Source: an uncultured Clostridia bacterium (GTDB taxonomy: Bacteria; Bacillota; Clostridia; TANB77; CAG-508). From it: DNA of 38,114 nt. The stretch is taken from assembly GCA_944390335.1 (NCBI GenBank), contig CALXQA010000002.1:1-38114 (forward strand), read 5' to 3'. The translations under genes and the position numbers were made by a program. This document shows positions 21,103 through 30,572 of this stretch, one piece after another. Positions within the stretch are counted from its first letter, which is position 1. Every line of letters starts with the position of its first letter. The notes beneath the pieces are model-generated. The model worked only from the letters and a program-made list of their open reading frames with translations. It ran no database searches and was not told the origin of the DNA.

Positions 21103-22575
21103 TTATTTAAGAGTGGTTTTGTCTGTTCCACAATTTGCAAACATATCCAAAGTATTTTCTACATTAGATAAATCCCAATTCTCTCCTACATAAATTACAG
21201 TTAAATTAGTACAGTTAACAAACATTCTATCCATATTAACCATATTGATTGTATTAAAACTACTTAAATCTATATCTTTTAAATTAGTACATCCATAAAA
21301 CATGCTTACTGTATTTTTTACATTAACTGTATTAAAATTATTTACATTTAGATTTGTTAAACTACTACAATCTAAAAACATGTTACTCATTGTTTCTACT
21401 TTACCTGTATCAAACCCATTTACATTTACACTTGTTAAGCTATTACATCTTCCAAACATTCCTCCCATATCTGTTACTTTACTTGTATTAAAATTTTCTA
21501 GCCCTTTTATTTCTATTAAATTAGTACAATCTAAAAACATATCATGCATATTTGTTACATTACTTGTGTCAAAACTACTTAAATCTATATTGGATAGACT
21601 ATTACATCCTGAAAATAAAGAAATCATGTTTATGACATTTTCTGTATTAAAGTTTTCTAATCCTAAGATTTTTATTAATTTATTACATTCATAAAACATA
21701 GCATGCATATCTTCTACACTACTAGTGTCAAAATTACTTATATTTATACTTGTTAAACTTTTGCATTTTGTAAACATAGCACTCATATTGGTTACTTTGT
21801 TTGTATTAAAATTTTCTAGTCCTTTTATCTCTATTAAATTAGTGCATTCCCCAAACATATTTATCATACTCTTTACGTTGATAGTATTAAAACTACTTAC
21901 ATCTACACTTTTTAAACTGCTACACCCTAAAAACATATTATTCATATCTTCTACATTACTTGTATCGAACTTACTTACATTTACACTTATTAAACTATTA
22001 CATCTTCCAAACATTCCTGCCATATTTTCTACATATTCTGTATTAATCTTCTCTAGTCCAATAATCTCCGTTAAATTGCTACAACTTTCAAACCAATTAG
22101 CCATTGATGTTGGAACTATTTCATCTATAATACTTACTTTTGTTATTGTTTCTTTTTCATTAAACCATGGTGTATCATTAAAATGTTCATCTCCTTCATT
22201 CCAACTAGTATATTCTTCTCCCTTTATATTTCCATATTCTTTTATTACTGTTTTTCCCTCTATTGGTTCATTTTGCGTTCCAAAAGTTAATGTTCCATCA
22301 TTATATAAAGTAACATAAATATCTGTTCCTATTTCATCTTTCTCCATTACCTCTGTTAACTCATTTGTTAATTCTCCTATTTGTATTTTCTCATTACTAG
22401 CTGCATTTTGCATTCTATCTGCTGCATCTTTTGCCTTTTTAAATATTCCATCTTCTCCTAAGCTTAAATTTATTGCTACCCCTGCTAATATTAAAAGAAC
22501 AATTATTGTTACAACTAATGCTACTAGTGTTATTCCTTTTTCTTCTTTTTTAATTTTTTCTATTCTCTTTTCCAC
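21103..22575 (-). CDS. DUF285/BspA-type leucine-rich-repeat surface protein with a pilin-like (class III signal-like) N-terminus.
   Basis: GTG start preceded by AAGGAGGAG. The N-terminus KGITLVALVVTIIVLLILAGVAI resembles a prepilin leader and hydrophobic helix but lacks Glu at +5. About 13 tandem ~25-aa repeats follow, of the form F(D/N)TS(N/K)V..M..MF..C..L..I. Confidence 0.8.
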   Translation of the reverse strand: MEKRIEKIKKEEKGITLVALVVTIIVLLILAGVAINLSLGEDGIFKKAKDAADRMQNAASNEKIQIGELTNELTEVMEKDEIGTDIYVTLYNDGTLTFGTQNEPIEGKTVIKEYGNIKGEEYTSWNEGDEHFNDTPWFNEKETITKVSIIDEIVPTSMANWFESCSNLTEIIGLEKINTEYVENMAGMFGRCNSLISVNVSKFDTSNVEDMNNMFLGCSSLKSVDVSSFNTINVKSMINMFGECTNLIEIKGLENFNTNKVTNMSAMFTKCKSLTSINISNFDTSSVEDMHAMFYECNKLIKILGLENFNTENVINMISLFSGCNSLSNIDLSSFDTSNVTNMHDMFLDCTNLIEIKGLENFNTSKVTDMGGMFGRCNSLTSVNVNGFDTGKVETMSNMFLDCSSLTNLNVNNFNTVNVKNTVSMFYGCTNLKDIDLSSFNTINMVNMDRMFVNCTNLTVIYVGENWDLSNVENTLDMFANCGTDKTTLK

Positions 22576-22630
22576 TTTTTCTCCTCCTTATGTTTATTGT
22601 TTCTTATTTCTTTAGTTTTATTCTTTTTAT

Positions 22631-22659
22631 GTTATATCATAGCACGTTTTTGCTTGCAA
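22631..22659 (-). promoter_or_regulatory. Putative promoter of the DUF285/BspA-like gene.
   Basis: On the minus strand, TTGCAA is followed by a 17-nt spacer and TATAAC with an extended -10 (TGATATAAC). It lies about 55 nt upstream of the GTG start. Confidence 0.5.
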
Positions 22660-22683
22660 GTATTTTAGGTTGCATTCTTAAAT

Positions 22684-22736
22684 ACAAAAAACTATGTATA
22701 TTTTGCGATTTTTATCTTCGCATAATATACATAGTT
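22684..22736 (-). terminator. Intrinsic terminator ending the mreBCD-PBP2 operon.
   Basis: Perfect 13-bp arms (AACTATGTATATT / AATATACATAGTT) enclose an inner TGCGA/TCGCA pairing. TTTTTGT follows on the minus strand. Confidence 0.7.
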
Positions 22737-22775
22737 TCTCTATGTTTATATTTTTTTATTCTATTAAATCTTACG

Positions 22776-22796
22776 ATATATATATATATATATATA
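22776..22796. repeat. (TA)10 dinucleotide microsatellite.
   Basis: The run atatatatatatatatatata lies between the PBP2 stop codon at 22840 and its terminator. Confidence 0.9.
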
Positions 22797-22839
22797 CAGC
22801 CTCAACGGTTTTAAGCATTTTTTCTCTCCTTTTATTATT

Positions 22840-24909
22840 TTATCTTACTGTTTGCATATATGAACTTGCAGTCATATCTTCCGTAACAACGGCTGAATTC
22901 ATACCTAAATATTGAGCAAATATTTCTCTTGCTGTTGGAGCAGTGTAGCTACCGTGTTGGCCATCTTTTACAAATACTGCAACTGCAATCTCTGGATCAT
23001 CATAAGGTGCAAAACCTACAAACCATGCATTAGCATTTCCATTTGTATCAGTAGTTGCAGAGCCTGTTTTTCCTCCTACTTCAATATTAAAATCTCTAAA
23101 ATATCTATATGCTGTTCCAGAGCCATCACTTGTAACACCTTTCATTCCTTCTTTTACAGCCTTTAAGTTTTCTTCACTAATACTTATATCTGAACCACTA
23201 TTTCCGCTTATTCCCAACTTTTCATTTACATATGAATTTATTTCATTTCTTGAAACTTCCGTTCCATCTGACTTTGTAATTGACTTTATAATTGTTATAT
23301 CCAGATTTTTTCCACCATTTGCAATCATTGCAGTATATTTAGCCATTTGAAGAGGTGTAAATGCATTATTAAGTTGTCCTATTGCTGCTTGAATAGTATA
23401 ACCAGCAACCCATGGGCTCATTGTATCTTCATTAGCTAATACTCCCGCTTCTTCACCCGGAAGTTCTATACCTGATTTTTGTCCAAGTCCAAATGCAGAA
23501 GCAACTTGTGCTAATCTATCTATTCCTGTTCTTCTTCCCGTTTCATAGAAGAAATAATTACATGATGCTTCAATCGCCTGTGTTACATTTAACCAGCCAT
23601 GTCCTCCTCTTTTCCAACAAACTGGTTGATAATCTCTATAATAAGTATATTTTCCTGTATCATTTATTTTTGTATTCAAATCAATTGCTCCACTTTCTAG
23701 TCCTGCAATAGCTGTTACCATTTTAAAAGTAGAACCAGGTGGTGATATTGATGAAATCGCTTTATTTATTAACGGATGCCTAGAATCATTTAAATAATTA
23801 TTCCAATTTTCTGTACTAATACCATCAACAAAAAGTGAAGGATTGTAATTAGGATAACTTGCCATAGCTAAGATTTCACCTGTTTTTACATTTATAACTA
23901 CAGCAGCACCCTCATTTGCTGTTTCAGCTCCTGATAATTCACCTGTTTGCATCATTTCTATATTATGTGCTAATGCCTCTTCTGTTATTTTTTGAAGTTC
24001 TGCATCTATTGTAAGCATTACATTATTTCCTGCAATTGCTTCTTCTGCTACATATTCATCAGTTATTATTCCATCAACAGACATATCTATTTGTTTTATT
24101 CCGTCTGTTCCTCTTAAGTATTTTTCCAATACTTGTTCTATTCCTGTTTTACCTATAATATCATTTTGATCATATTCATCTTTATTTGCTTTTAATTCTT
24201 CTTCCCCTATTGGACCTACATATCCTAAAATATGTGATGCTAATTCTCCATATGGATAATATATTGTAGGTGTTGATGTTGTATTAATTCCCGGAAAACT
24301 TGCGCTCATTTCATTAAGAGTTGCTAAACTTGCATTGCTAATATTTGTTGCAAGTTCAACTGATTTTGTATTACTATATCCATCTTTGTCTATTTCATAT
24401 CTTAAAGTCATTATTTTTCTAGCATCTTCAACATTATCAGTAGTTATTTCATATTCTTCTTTGAAATAATTAAAACATGCTTCTGCATCATATGAAGCAT
24501 CTAGTTTATTTTGCTCTTTAAAAGTTTTTGCTGTTTCTTCATCTTTAAATGCAAAAGGATTTACAGTTATAGGGAAATTATCTACATATTTATCACCATT
24601 TGCTTCTAAAGTTTGTGCTAAAAGCAAAAGTCCATTATTTAATGCTTCAGAATCTGCTTTTGTTTTGTATATTTCCACATTATATTGAAGTTTTGTAGAT
24701 ACTAGCTTTTCCCCACTACTATCTAATACATTTCCTCTAGCAGCTTTTATTGTTGTTTCTCTTGTTAACCTTGTATTTGACTCTTCTCTATATTCTTTAC
24801 CTTGTACTATTTGAAGATTAAATAATTGAAGTAATAACACAATACCTATTATGTATACAATAGCAATTAATATATTATATCTTAATTTATTATCATTTTT
24901 ATTGTTCAT
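22840..24909 (-). CDS. mrdA: Penicillin-binding protein 2 (class B elongation transpeptidase).
   Basis: N-terminal TM anchor. The transpeptidase motifs STFK (PPGSTFKMV), SCN (EASCNYF) and KTGS (GGKTGSA) are all present. The gene lies immediately downstream of mreD. Confidence 0.9.
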   Translation of the reverse strand: MNNKNDNKLRYNILIAIVYIIGIVLLLQLFNLQIVQGKEYREESNTRLTRETTIKAARGNVLDSSGEKLVSTKLQYNVEIYKTKADSEALNNGLLLLAQTLEANGDKYVDNFPITVNPFAFKDEETAKTFKEQNKLDASYDAEACFNYFKEEYEITTDNVEDARKIMTLRYEIDKDGYSNTKSVELATNISNASLATLNEMSASFPGINTTSTPTIYYPYGELASHILGYVGPIGEEELKANKDEYDQNDIIGKTGIEQVLEKYLRGTDGIKQIDMSVDGIITDEYVAEEAIAGNNVMLTIDAELQKITEEALAHNIEMMQTGELSGAETANEGAAVVINVKTGEILAMASYPNYNPSLFVDGISTENWNNYLNDSRHPLINKAISSISPPGSTFKMVTAIAGLESGAIDLNTKINDTGKYTYYRDYQPVCWKRGGHGWLNVTQAIEASCNYFFYETGRRTGIDRLAQVASAFGLGQKSGIELPGEEAGVLANEDTMSPWVAGYTIQAAIGQLNNAFTPLQMAKYTAMIANGGKNLDITIIKSITKSDGTEVSRNEINSYVNEKLGISGNSGSDISISEENLKAVKEGMKGVTSDGSGTAYRYFRDFNIEVGGKTGSATTDTNGNANAWFVGFAPYDDPEIAVAVFVKDGQHGSYTAPTAREIFAQYLGMNSAVVTEDMTASSYMQTVR

Positions 24910-24921
24910 TATACCTCCAAT

Positions 24922-25455
24922 TTAAAAATATCTTGTTAGTATTTTCTTGCCTTTAAATGATTCTTCTATATAATATCCTAACTTTTTTATACCTGGATAT
25001 AGTATTATTGTAAGTAATATATTAAATACGATTTCAACTAGTAATGTAAGTGTAAATGTTATTATTTCAATTTCTGCTCCATATTGTATTACTCTAAATA
25101 CATACATTCCTATTTCATATATTAATAAAGAAAATGCTTCCATTAATATTAGTGTTATTTTACTATCTTTTGAAAAATTTTTATCAAAGTATTCTCCAAG
25201 TAATCCAATTATACCTAATAATACTGATGATGGACCTACTATTCTTCCTATAACTAGGTCTATTATTATTCCAAATATTATGCCAAATATAGCTCCCATT
25301 TTATTACCCACAAATAGTCCAATAAATAGTATAAATAGCACAAATAAATTGGGCATTATTCCTCCTATATTGAACCATGAAAAAATATTCGCTTGCATAA
25401 AATATATTAGAAAAAACAATATTATTATAATTAATATGACTTTAAATTTTCTCAA
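24922..25455 (-). CDS. mreD: Rod shape-determining protein MreD.
   Basis: A 177-aa polytopic membrane protein directly after mreC, with the glycine-rich GIIFGIIIDLV segment typical of MreD. Confidence 0.75.
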   Translation of the reverse strand: MRKFKVILIIIILFFLIYFMQANIFSWFNIGGIMPNLFVLFILFIGLFVGNKMGAIFGIIFGIIIDLVIGRIVGPSSVLLGIIGLLGEYFDKNFSKDSKITLILMEAFSLLIYEIGMYVFRVIQYGAEIEIITFTLTLLVEIVFNILLTIILYPGIKKLGYYIEESFKGKKILTRYF

Positions 25456-25485
25456 GTTTTTCTCCTAACATTTATTTACATATTT

Positions 25486-26298
25486 CTATTTTTCAGTAAT
25501 TACAAGTACTGTCTCTAAATTAGAAAAATCAGTTGCAACTTCTATTTCTGCATACCTATCTGATTGGTTTTGTGTGTTTATGATATTTTTTACTGTTCCT
25601 ACTAAAATTCCTTTTGGATATATTCCTCCTAGCCCTGATGTTACTACTTGATCTCCTTGAAGTATTGTACTATCTGCTGGTATATATGTTGCTTTCAATA
25701 TGCTTGTATTATTTAATGTTCCTTTTAGTATTACACTATCTTGTACATTTGATATATTCGCACTTACACTACTTGCTGTATCTATTATAGTTTGTACTTT
25801 TGCTGTATCATTTGTAACAGATATTACATATCCTACTAGTCCTGATTCTGATATAACTGGCATATTAACATTTATACCTTCATCTGTTCCTGCATTTATT
25901 ACTATTAGTTTTTCATAATTACTGATGCTTCTTTGTATTACATATGCTGGAACTGTTGTATAGTTTGAATATTTATCTTTTAAATTTACATATTCTTTTA
26001 ATGTGTTATTTTCTGATTTTAGTATCTCTAGTTCTCTAACTTGTTCTTGAAGTTTGCTATTTTCATCTCTTAGTTTCTGATTTTCATTTTTTAAATTTTC
26101 AATATCGCTTAATTCTTGGTCATTTCCTGCTATTTTGTTTTTTAAGAAAATTATGCCATTTTGTATTGGCATAAATATTTTTCCTATAGTTCCCTCCATT
26201 GCAGATAAATTTCCTGTACTTATATTTGATACTATTACTACGACTACAAGTATTATTATTGTCAAGATGATTCCAATAAGACCTGATTTATTTTTCAT
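25486..26298 (-). CDS. mreC: Rod shape-determining protein MreC.
   Basis: N-terminal TM segment, a coiled-coil region (ENLKNENQKLRDENSKLQEQVRELE) and a C-terminal beta domain (VVTSGLGGIYPKGILVGTV). Its start overlaps the mreB stop codon. Confidence 0.85.
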   Translation of the reverse strand: MKNKSGLIGIILTIIILVVVVIVSNISTGNLSAMEGTIGKIFMPIQNGIIFLKNKIAGNDQELSDIENLKNENQKLRDENSKLQEQVRELEILKSENNTLKEYVNLKDKYSNYTTVPAYVIQRSISNYEKLIVINAGTDEGINVNMPVISESGLVGYVISVTNDTAKVQTIIDTASSVSANISNVQDSVILKGTLNNTSILKATYIPADSTILQGDQVVTSGLGGIYPKGILVGTVKNIINTQNQSDRYAEIEVATDFSNLETVLVITEK

Positions 26299-27338
26299 TA
26301 ATAACCTCTTTTTTCTGTGCTAAGTAGCACTCCTTTTAAACTATCTATATTTTCTAATACTTTGCCTGCTCCTATTGCTACACATTCAAGTGGTGTATCT
26401 GCTACATATGTTTGTACACCTGTTCTTTGTGCTATTAAGTTATCTAAATTTCTAATTTGTGCTCCTCCTCCTGCTAAGTAAATTCCATTTACTATTATAT
26501 CTGATGCAAGTTCTGGAGGTGTTTGTGAAAGTGTATTTATTACTGCTTCTATTATTTCATTTATAGGTTTTTTCATTGCTTCTTCTATATCTTTTGAAGA
26601 TACTGTTACATTTTTAGGAAGCCCTGTATCTAAGTCTCTTCCTCTAATTTCTTTTGTCATTTCTGTTACTAATGGCATCGCACAACCTAGTTCTATTTTT
26701 AAATTCTCTGCTGCAGATAGTCCTATAGCTATACCTTTCTTTTTCTTTAAATATTCTACAATGCTTTCATCTATTTCATTTCCAGCTACTCTAATTGATG
26801 TACTAGCTACAATTCCTCCAAGTGAAATTACTGCAACTTCTGTTGTTCCTCCTCCTATGTCTATTATCATATTTCCAACTGGTTCTTTGACATTTAAACC
26901 TGCTCCTATTGCTGCTGCCATTGGCTCTTGTATTAAATATACTTCTCTAGCATTTGCTTGCAAAAATGCTTCTTCTATTGCTCTTTTTTCTACATCTGTT
27001 ATTCCAGATGGTACTCCTACAACAACTCTAGGTTTTCCTGCATTATATTTTTGACATACTTTTCTTATCATGTTTTTTAGCATAAGTCCTGTTGCTGTAA
27101 AATCAGCTATAACTCCATCTTGCATTGGTCTTATAGCTTTTATGTTTTCTGGTGTCCTTCCTAGCATTTCTCTTGCTTCTTTACCTGTTGCAACTATTTC
27201 TCCTGTTATTTTATCAGTTGCAACTACTGATGGTTCTCTTAAAACTATTCCTTTTCCTTTTAATGCTATTAAAATATTAGCTGTTCCTAAATCCATACCT
27301 ATATCTTTTGAGTTAAAACTTAATAAATTTAAATTCAT
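26298..27338 (-). CDS. mreB: Rod shape-determining actin homologue MreB.
   Basis: Carries the actin-fold ATPase motifs DIGMDLGTANIL, EPMAAAIGAG, IIDIGGGTTEVAVISLGGIV and GIYLAGGGAQIRNLD. Confidence 0.95.
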   Translation of the reverse strand: MNLNLLSFNSKDIGMDLGTANILIALKGKGIVLREPSVVATDKITGEIVATGKEAREMLGRTPENIKAIRPMQDGVIADFTATGLMLKNMIRKVCQKYNAGKPRVVVGVPSGITDVEKRAIEEAFLQANAREVYLIQEPMAAAIGAGLNVKEPVGNMIIDIGGGTTEVAVISLGGIVASTSIRVAGNEIDESIVEYLKKKKGIAIGLSAAENLKIELGCAMPLVTEMTKEIRGRDLDTGLPKNVTVSSKDIEEAMKKPINEIIEAVINTLSQTPPELASDIIVNGIYLAGGGAQIRNLDNLIAQRTGVQTYVADTPLECVAIGAGKVLENIDSLKGVLLSTEKRGY

Positions 27339-27353
27339 ATTTTTTCTTCCTCT

Positions 27354-28019
27354 CTATACTAAACTTCTATATTTTCCTTTTGCAATTATAATGTGGTCTA
27401 CGAATTTAATTCCAAGCATATCAGAACATTCTTTTATCTTTTTTGTAAATTCTATATCTTCTTTACTAGGCCTATCATTTCCATTTGGATGATTATGAAG
27501 TATTATAAATTTTTTAGCATTTAATTTTGTTAATTCGTACATTATCTTTTTATATTCTATATTTGCTTCATCACCAATTCCTTTTTTAAAGTCTATTATT
27601 CTTATAATTTCATTTTTTACATTTAATAAAAGAATTTTTATTATCTCATATTTTTCATATCTTAACTCATCTATAAATATTTCTGCAACATCTCTGGTGC
27701 TTCCTACTTTTTTATTGATTTTATTTATTGGAAGGTTCATTCTTCTTGCAAGTTCGCACACAGCTTTTATTTGTATAGCTTTTATTTCTCCAATTCCTTT
27801 TATCTTTTTTAAGCTTTCTAATTCTATATTTTGCAGTTCATTTAGTTCTGATACAAGCAATAAAATTTTATTTGCTAATTCTATTGAATTTTCATCTTTT
27901 GTTCCTGTTTTTATAATTATTGCCAATAATTCTGAATTTGATAACTTTTTTTCTCCATACATTTTTAATTTTTCATATGGTCTTTCTATTTCTGGCAATT
28001 GTTTCATTTTAAGTGGCAT
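27354..28019 (-). CDS. radC: RadC-family JAB-domain protein.
   Basis: HhH-like region (IKGIGEIKAIQIKAV) and the JAMM motif ILHNHPNGNDRPSKEDIEFT. It occupies the conserved position upstream of mreB. Confidence 0.9.
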   Translation of the reverse strand: MPLKMKQLPEIERPYEKLKMYGEKKLSNSELLAIIIKTGTKDENSIELANKILLLVSELNELQNIELESLKKIKGIGEIKAIQIKAVCELARRMNLPINKINKKVGSTRDVAEIFIDELRYEKYEIIKILLLNVKNEIIRIIDFKKGIGDEANIEYKKIMYELTKLNAKKFIILHNHPNGNDRPSKEDIEFTKKIKECSDMLGIKFVDHIIIAKGKYRSLV

Positions 28020-28067
28020 AAATATTTCCTTTCTGCCCCCAAAAAATTTAAATATGTTTTATCTATA

Positions 28068-28337
28068 CTAGAATTTTCTATAGATAAATATTGCTATGAT
28101 TATTCCTATAATACTTGATATGTTAATATTAAACATTATTCCAAATGTTAAATTTACTACTCCTAGGTCTAATGTTACTGGATCAGTTAACCCAAAGGTT
28201 TGTCCATATGATAGCCAATTAAGCCAACTTACACCTTGCGTAAGTTCTCCTATTAGTCCTCCTATAACTAATCCACATAAAATAAATATAATTAGTACAA
28301 ATGTACTTTTGTCTCTTGTTGCCATAATTTCCTCCAT
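28068..28337 (-). CDS. Small membrane protein, DUF4321-like.
   Basis: An 89-aa protein with two TM segments. The pattern LIIFILCGLVIGGLIGEL...FGLTDPVTLDLGVVNLTFGIMFNINISSIIGIIIAIFIYRKF matches my recollection of the DUF4321 family, which is commonly found next to radC/mreB in Clostridia. Confidence 0.65.
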   Translation of the reverse strand: MEEIMATRDKSTFVLIIFILCGLVIGGLIGELTQGVSWLNWLSYGQTFGLTDPVTLDLGVVNLTFGIMFNINISSIIGIIIAIFIYRKF

Positions 28338-28438
28338 TTTTTCTTACGGATATTTCTTTTTTAACATTTGTATTATATATTTTTTTTAGCATAATTTCAA
28401 GGTATTTTTTGTAAATTCGTGTGAATTTTTTATGAAAA

Positions 28439-28464
28439 AGAAAGTAGCTAAATTACTACTTTCT
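28439..28464 (-). terminator. Intrinsic terminator downstream of the LamG pseudogene.
   Basis: On the minus strand, the stem AGAAAGTAG ... CTACTTTCT is followed by TTTTCAT. Confidence 0.55.
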
Positions 28465-28603
28465 AATCATTGTATCACAATATTTTATTACCATTTAGAA
28501 AGACATCATATATATGATTAACTATATTACTTTTATTAAACATAAAAATATAATAGAATAATATCAATATTTTTATATTATTAAGTAAACTAAGCAATAT
28601 TAA

Positions 28604-29499
28604 TTAGTTCATAAATAAATCTGCATTATAATTACTTATGATTTCTTCTTCTGTTAATGCTCTATTATATACTCTAACACTCATAATAGTTCCATTAAAA
28701 AAACTTTCTGTTCCGTTTCTTGAAGCAATAAACATATAGTCATTAGTAAACTGCCCATTTGAAGTTTGATTGTCTGTACCAAATGAGTCTATATATTGCA
28801 TTTTTATAGAATCTATATATGTTAATCTTCCATTTATTTTTGCTACGCTTGAATATATATTTGTATGTGTAGATATATCATTATTAATTTCTTTTGTATA
28901 ATTTCTAGGCCTTTGAGAATTGTGGTTTGTATGAAATCTATTAGGACGTGAATTATATCCATCACTATTTATTGCTAGTCCAAAGCCTCCTGTTACATTA
29001 TTCCAATTACTTGTATGTTCAAATAGCATTGCAACTCTACTTGTATCTTCACTTTTATATCTTACTTCTACTGTAACACTTTCAATATTTGTTAAGTCTA
29101 TTTTACTTATAGATTTTGCATATTGATTTAAACAATTGAACTTAATTCCTTCTTCAGTTATTTCTGGCGAATTATATAATTTAAAGTCATTTTCTTGCCC
29201 TGATAAATCTTTCCATGTGTCTTGTTCTTTAAAACTATCTTTATTAGTTGCATCAAAAAATAATATAAGTCCATCTGTTACATATTTTGCATCTATATTA
29301 TCTATAAAGTTATTTACTTTTTCTATTTCTTTTTCTTCATCATTTTGTGCATTTTATATATTTCTGTATATTTTTTTGTTTTTTTAATTAATAAATTATC
29401 TCTAAATTGTGAATACAACACTTACACCTATTAATATTAACATAACAATAATTATTACTGTTAATGATACTATTGTTATTCCTTTTTGCTTTTTTCATT
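28604..29499 (-). pseudogene. Decayed gene for a pilin-like N-terminus plus LamG/concanavalin-type lectin-domain protein.
   Basis: The ATG at 29499 is followed by an A-run frameshift. The next frame encodes GITIVSLTVIIIVMLILIGVSVVFTI, the same kind of leader/helix as in 21103-22575. Four in-frame stops (TAG, TAA, TAA, TAA) follow between about 29405 and 29355. The frame is then open from 29354 to 28604. It encodes ...DGLILFFDATNKDSF..WKDLSGQENDF... and the C-terminal FNGTIMSVRVYNRALTEEEIISNY typical of the Laminin_G_3 type. The only in-frame ATG is internal, at 29029. Confidence 0.7.
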
Positions 29500-29708
29500 T
29501 ATTATACCTTTTTCTATTTTTTAATATTTATTATTTTTCATCTATTAAAATATATAACATTAAAAAACTTTTTACAAGTATTTTTTACAGTTATTTACAT
29601 TTTTCTATTTATTTCTTCATTATATTTTATATGTTATTTTACAAAAATCTCTTTTCTTTTTTTATATTCTATGTTATATTAATATATACAAAAGTTGGAG
29701 GAAAAGGA

Positions 29709-30320
29709 ATGAAATTTGAAAAATTAAATGAATATAAACTAAAAATAACTATATCTAATCAAGAATTACCTAATAGTAATGGTGATTTAGATAGTTTTAT
29801 GTCTGACCCTTCTTTAGCAAGAAAGTCTATTATAGATTTAATTAATAAAGCAGAAGATGAGGTCGGTTTCCATGTTGGTGATAATAAAATAAGAATAGAT
29901 GCTAAATATTTATATAATGGTGATTTTATTTTTACAATTACAAAACTAATTCCTAAGAAAAAAGATTTAAAAAAGGCTAAACCTAAAAAAGTTTCACCTA
30001 TTGATGGTACTAATTGCCTTATTTATTCTTTTAATGATTTAGAGCATTTTTTTAATTTTTGTAGTTTTTTAAAGTTACATAAAATTAACAAACTAAATAG
30101 TTTTTGTAAAACTACCGAATTGTATAAATTTAAAAATAATTACTATTTAATTTTTAATGATATTAATGATAAGTATGAAAATCTAGGAAAGCTTTATTCT
30201 TCTCTTACTGAGTTTGGTAATTTCTATTCAATACAAGATTTAATGATTGTTATGCTTAAGGAAAGAGGAGATTTAATTTTCAAGAATAATGCTATCGAAG
30301 TTTGCCAAAAGAATTTCTAA
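29709..30320 (+). CDS. mecA: Adaptor protein MecA (ClpC adaptor family).
   Basis: GGAGG at 29697-29701 lies 7 nt before the ATG at 29709. The N-terminus MKFEKLNEYKLKITISNQEL matches the conserved MecA start (MxIERIN..tiK..is.eDL). The ~200-aa length is right for clostridial MecA. The longer ORF-track form (29409) adds only an F/I/Y-rich artefactual extension. Confidence 0.7.
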   Translation: MKFEKLNEYKLKITISNQELPNSNGDLDSFMSDPSLARKSIIDLINKAEDEVGFHVGDNKIRIDAKYLYNGDFIFTITKLIPKKKDLKKAKPKKVSPIDGTNCLIYSFNDLEHFFNFCSFLKLHKINKLNSFCKTTELYKFKNNYYLIFNDINDKYENLGKLYSSLTEFGNFYSIQDLMIVMLKERGDLIFKNNAIEVCQKNF

Positions 30321-30328
30321 AATTATAT

Positions 30329-30380
30329 AAATAACATATCAAGATTTATTTTTTATTATGATATGTTATTTTTTATTTTT
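30329..30380 (+). terminator. Intrinsic terminator of mecA.
   Basis: A perfect 13-bp stem (AAATAACATATCA / TGATATGTTATTT) is followed by TTTATTTTT. It begins 9 nt after the stop codon. Confidence 0.7.
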
Positions 30381-30572
30381 AATTTTAATATTTTAGAAAA
30401 ATTTTATTAAAAATAGAAATAAAAAAGTATATATTATATGTAAAATTATTCTACTAATATATATACTTAAATTTAAGATGTTATTTACATTGCTTTTATA
30501 TTTTTAGTATTATATAATTTTTTTAGTTTATTTACTTTATTCAGTTTATTTAATAAGTTTGTGGAGAAATAT

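Noticed and set aside
22776-22796. The (TA)10 microsatellite as a possible phase-variation switch for the DUF285/BspA-like gene.
   Set aside because: It lies between the PBP2 stop codon and the PBP2 terminator. That places it upstream of the terminator and about 120 nt upstream of the predicted -35 of the LRR gene, not in a promoter spacer or a coding region. A switching role is not supported.
29409-29708. The 100-codon N-terminal extension of the ORF-track entry 29409-30320.
   Set aside because: The extension is F/I/Y-rich AT-rich read-through overlapping the start of the LamG pseudogene on the other strand. A strong GGAGG plus ATG at 29709 gives a MecA-like N-terminus.
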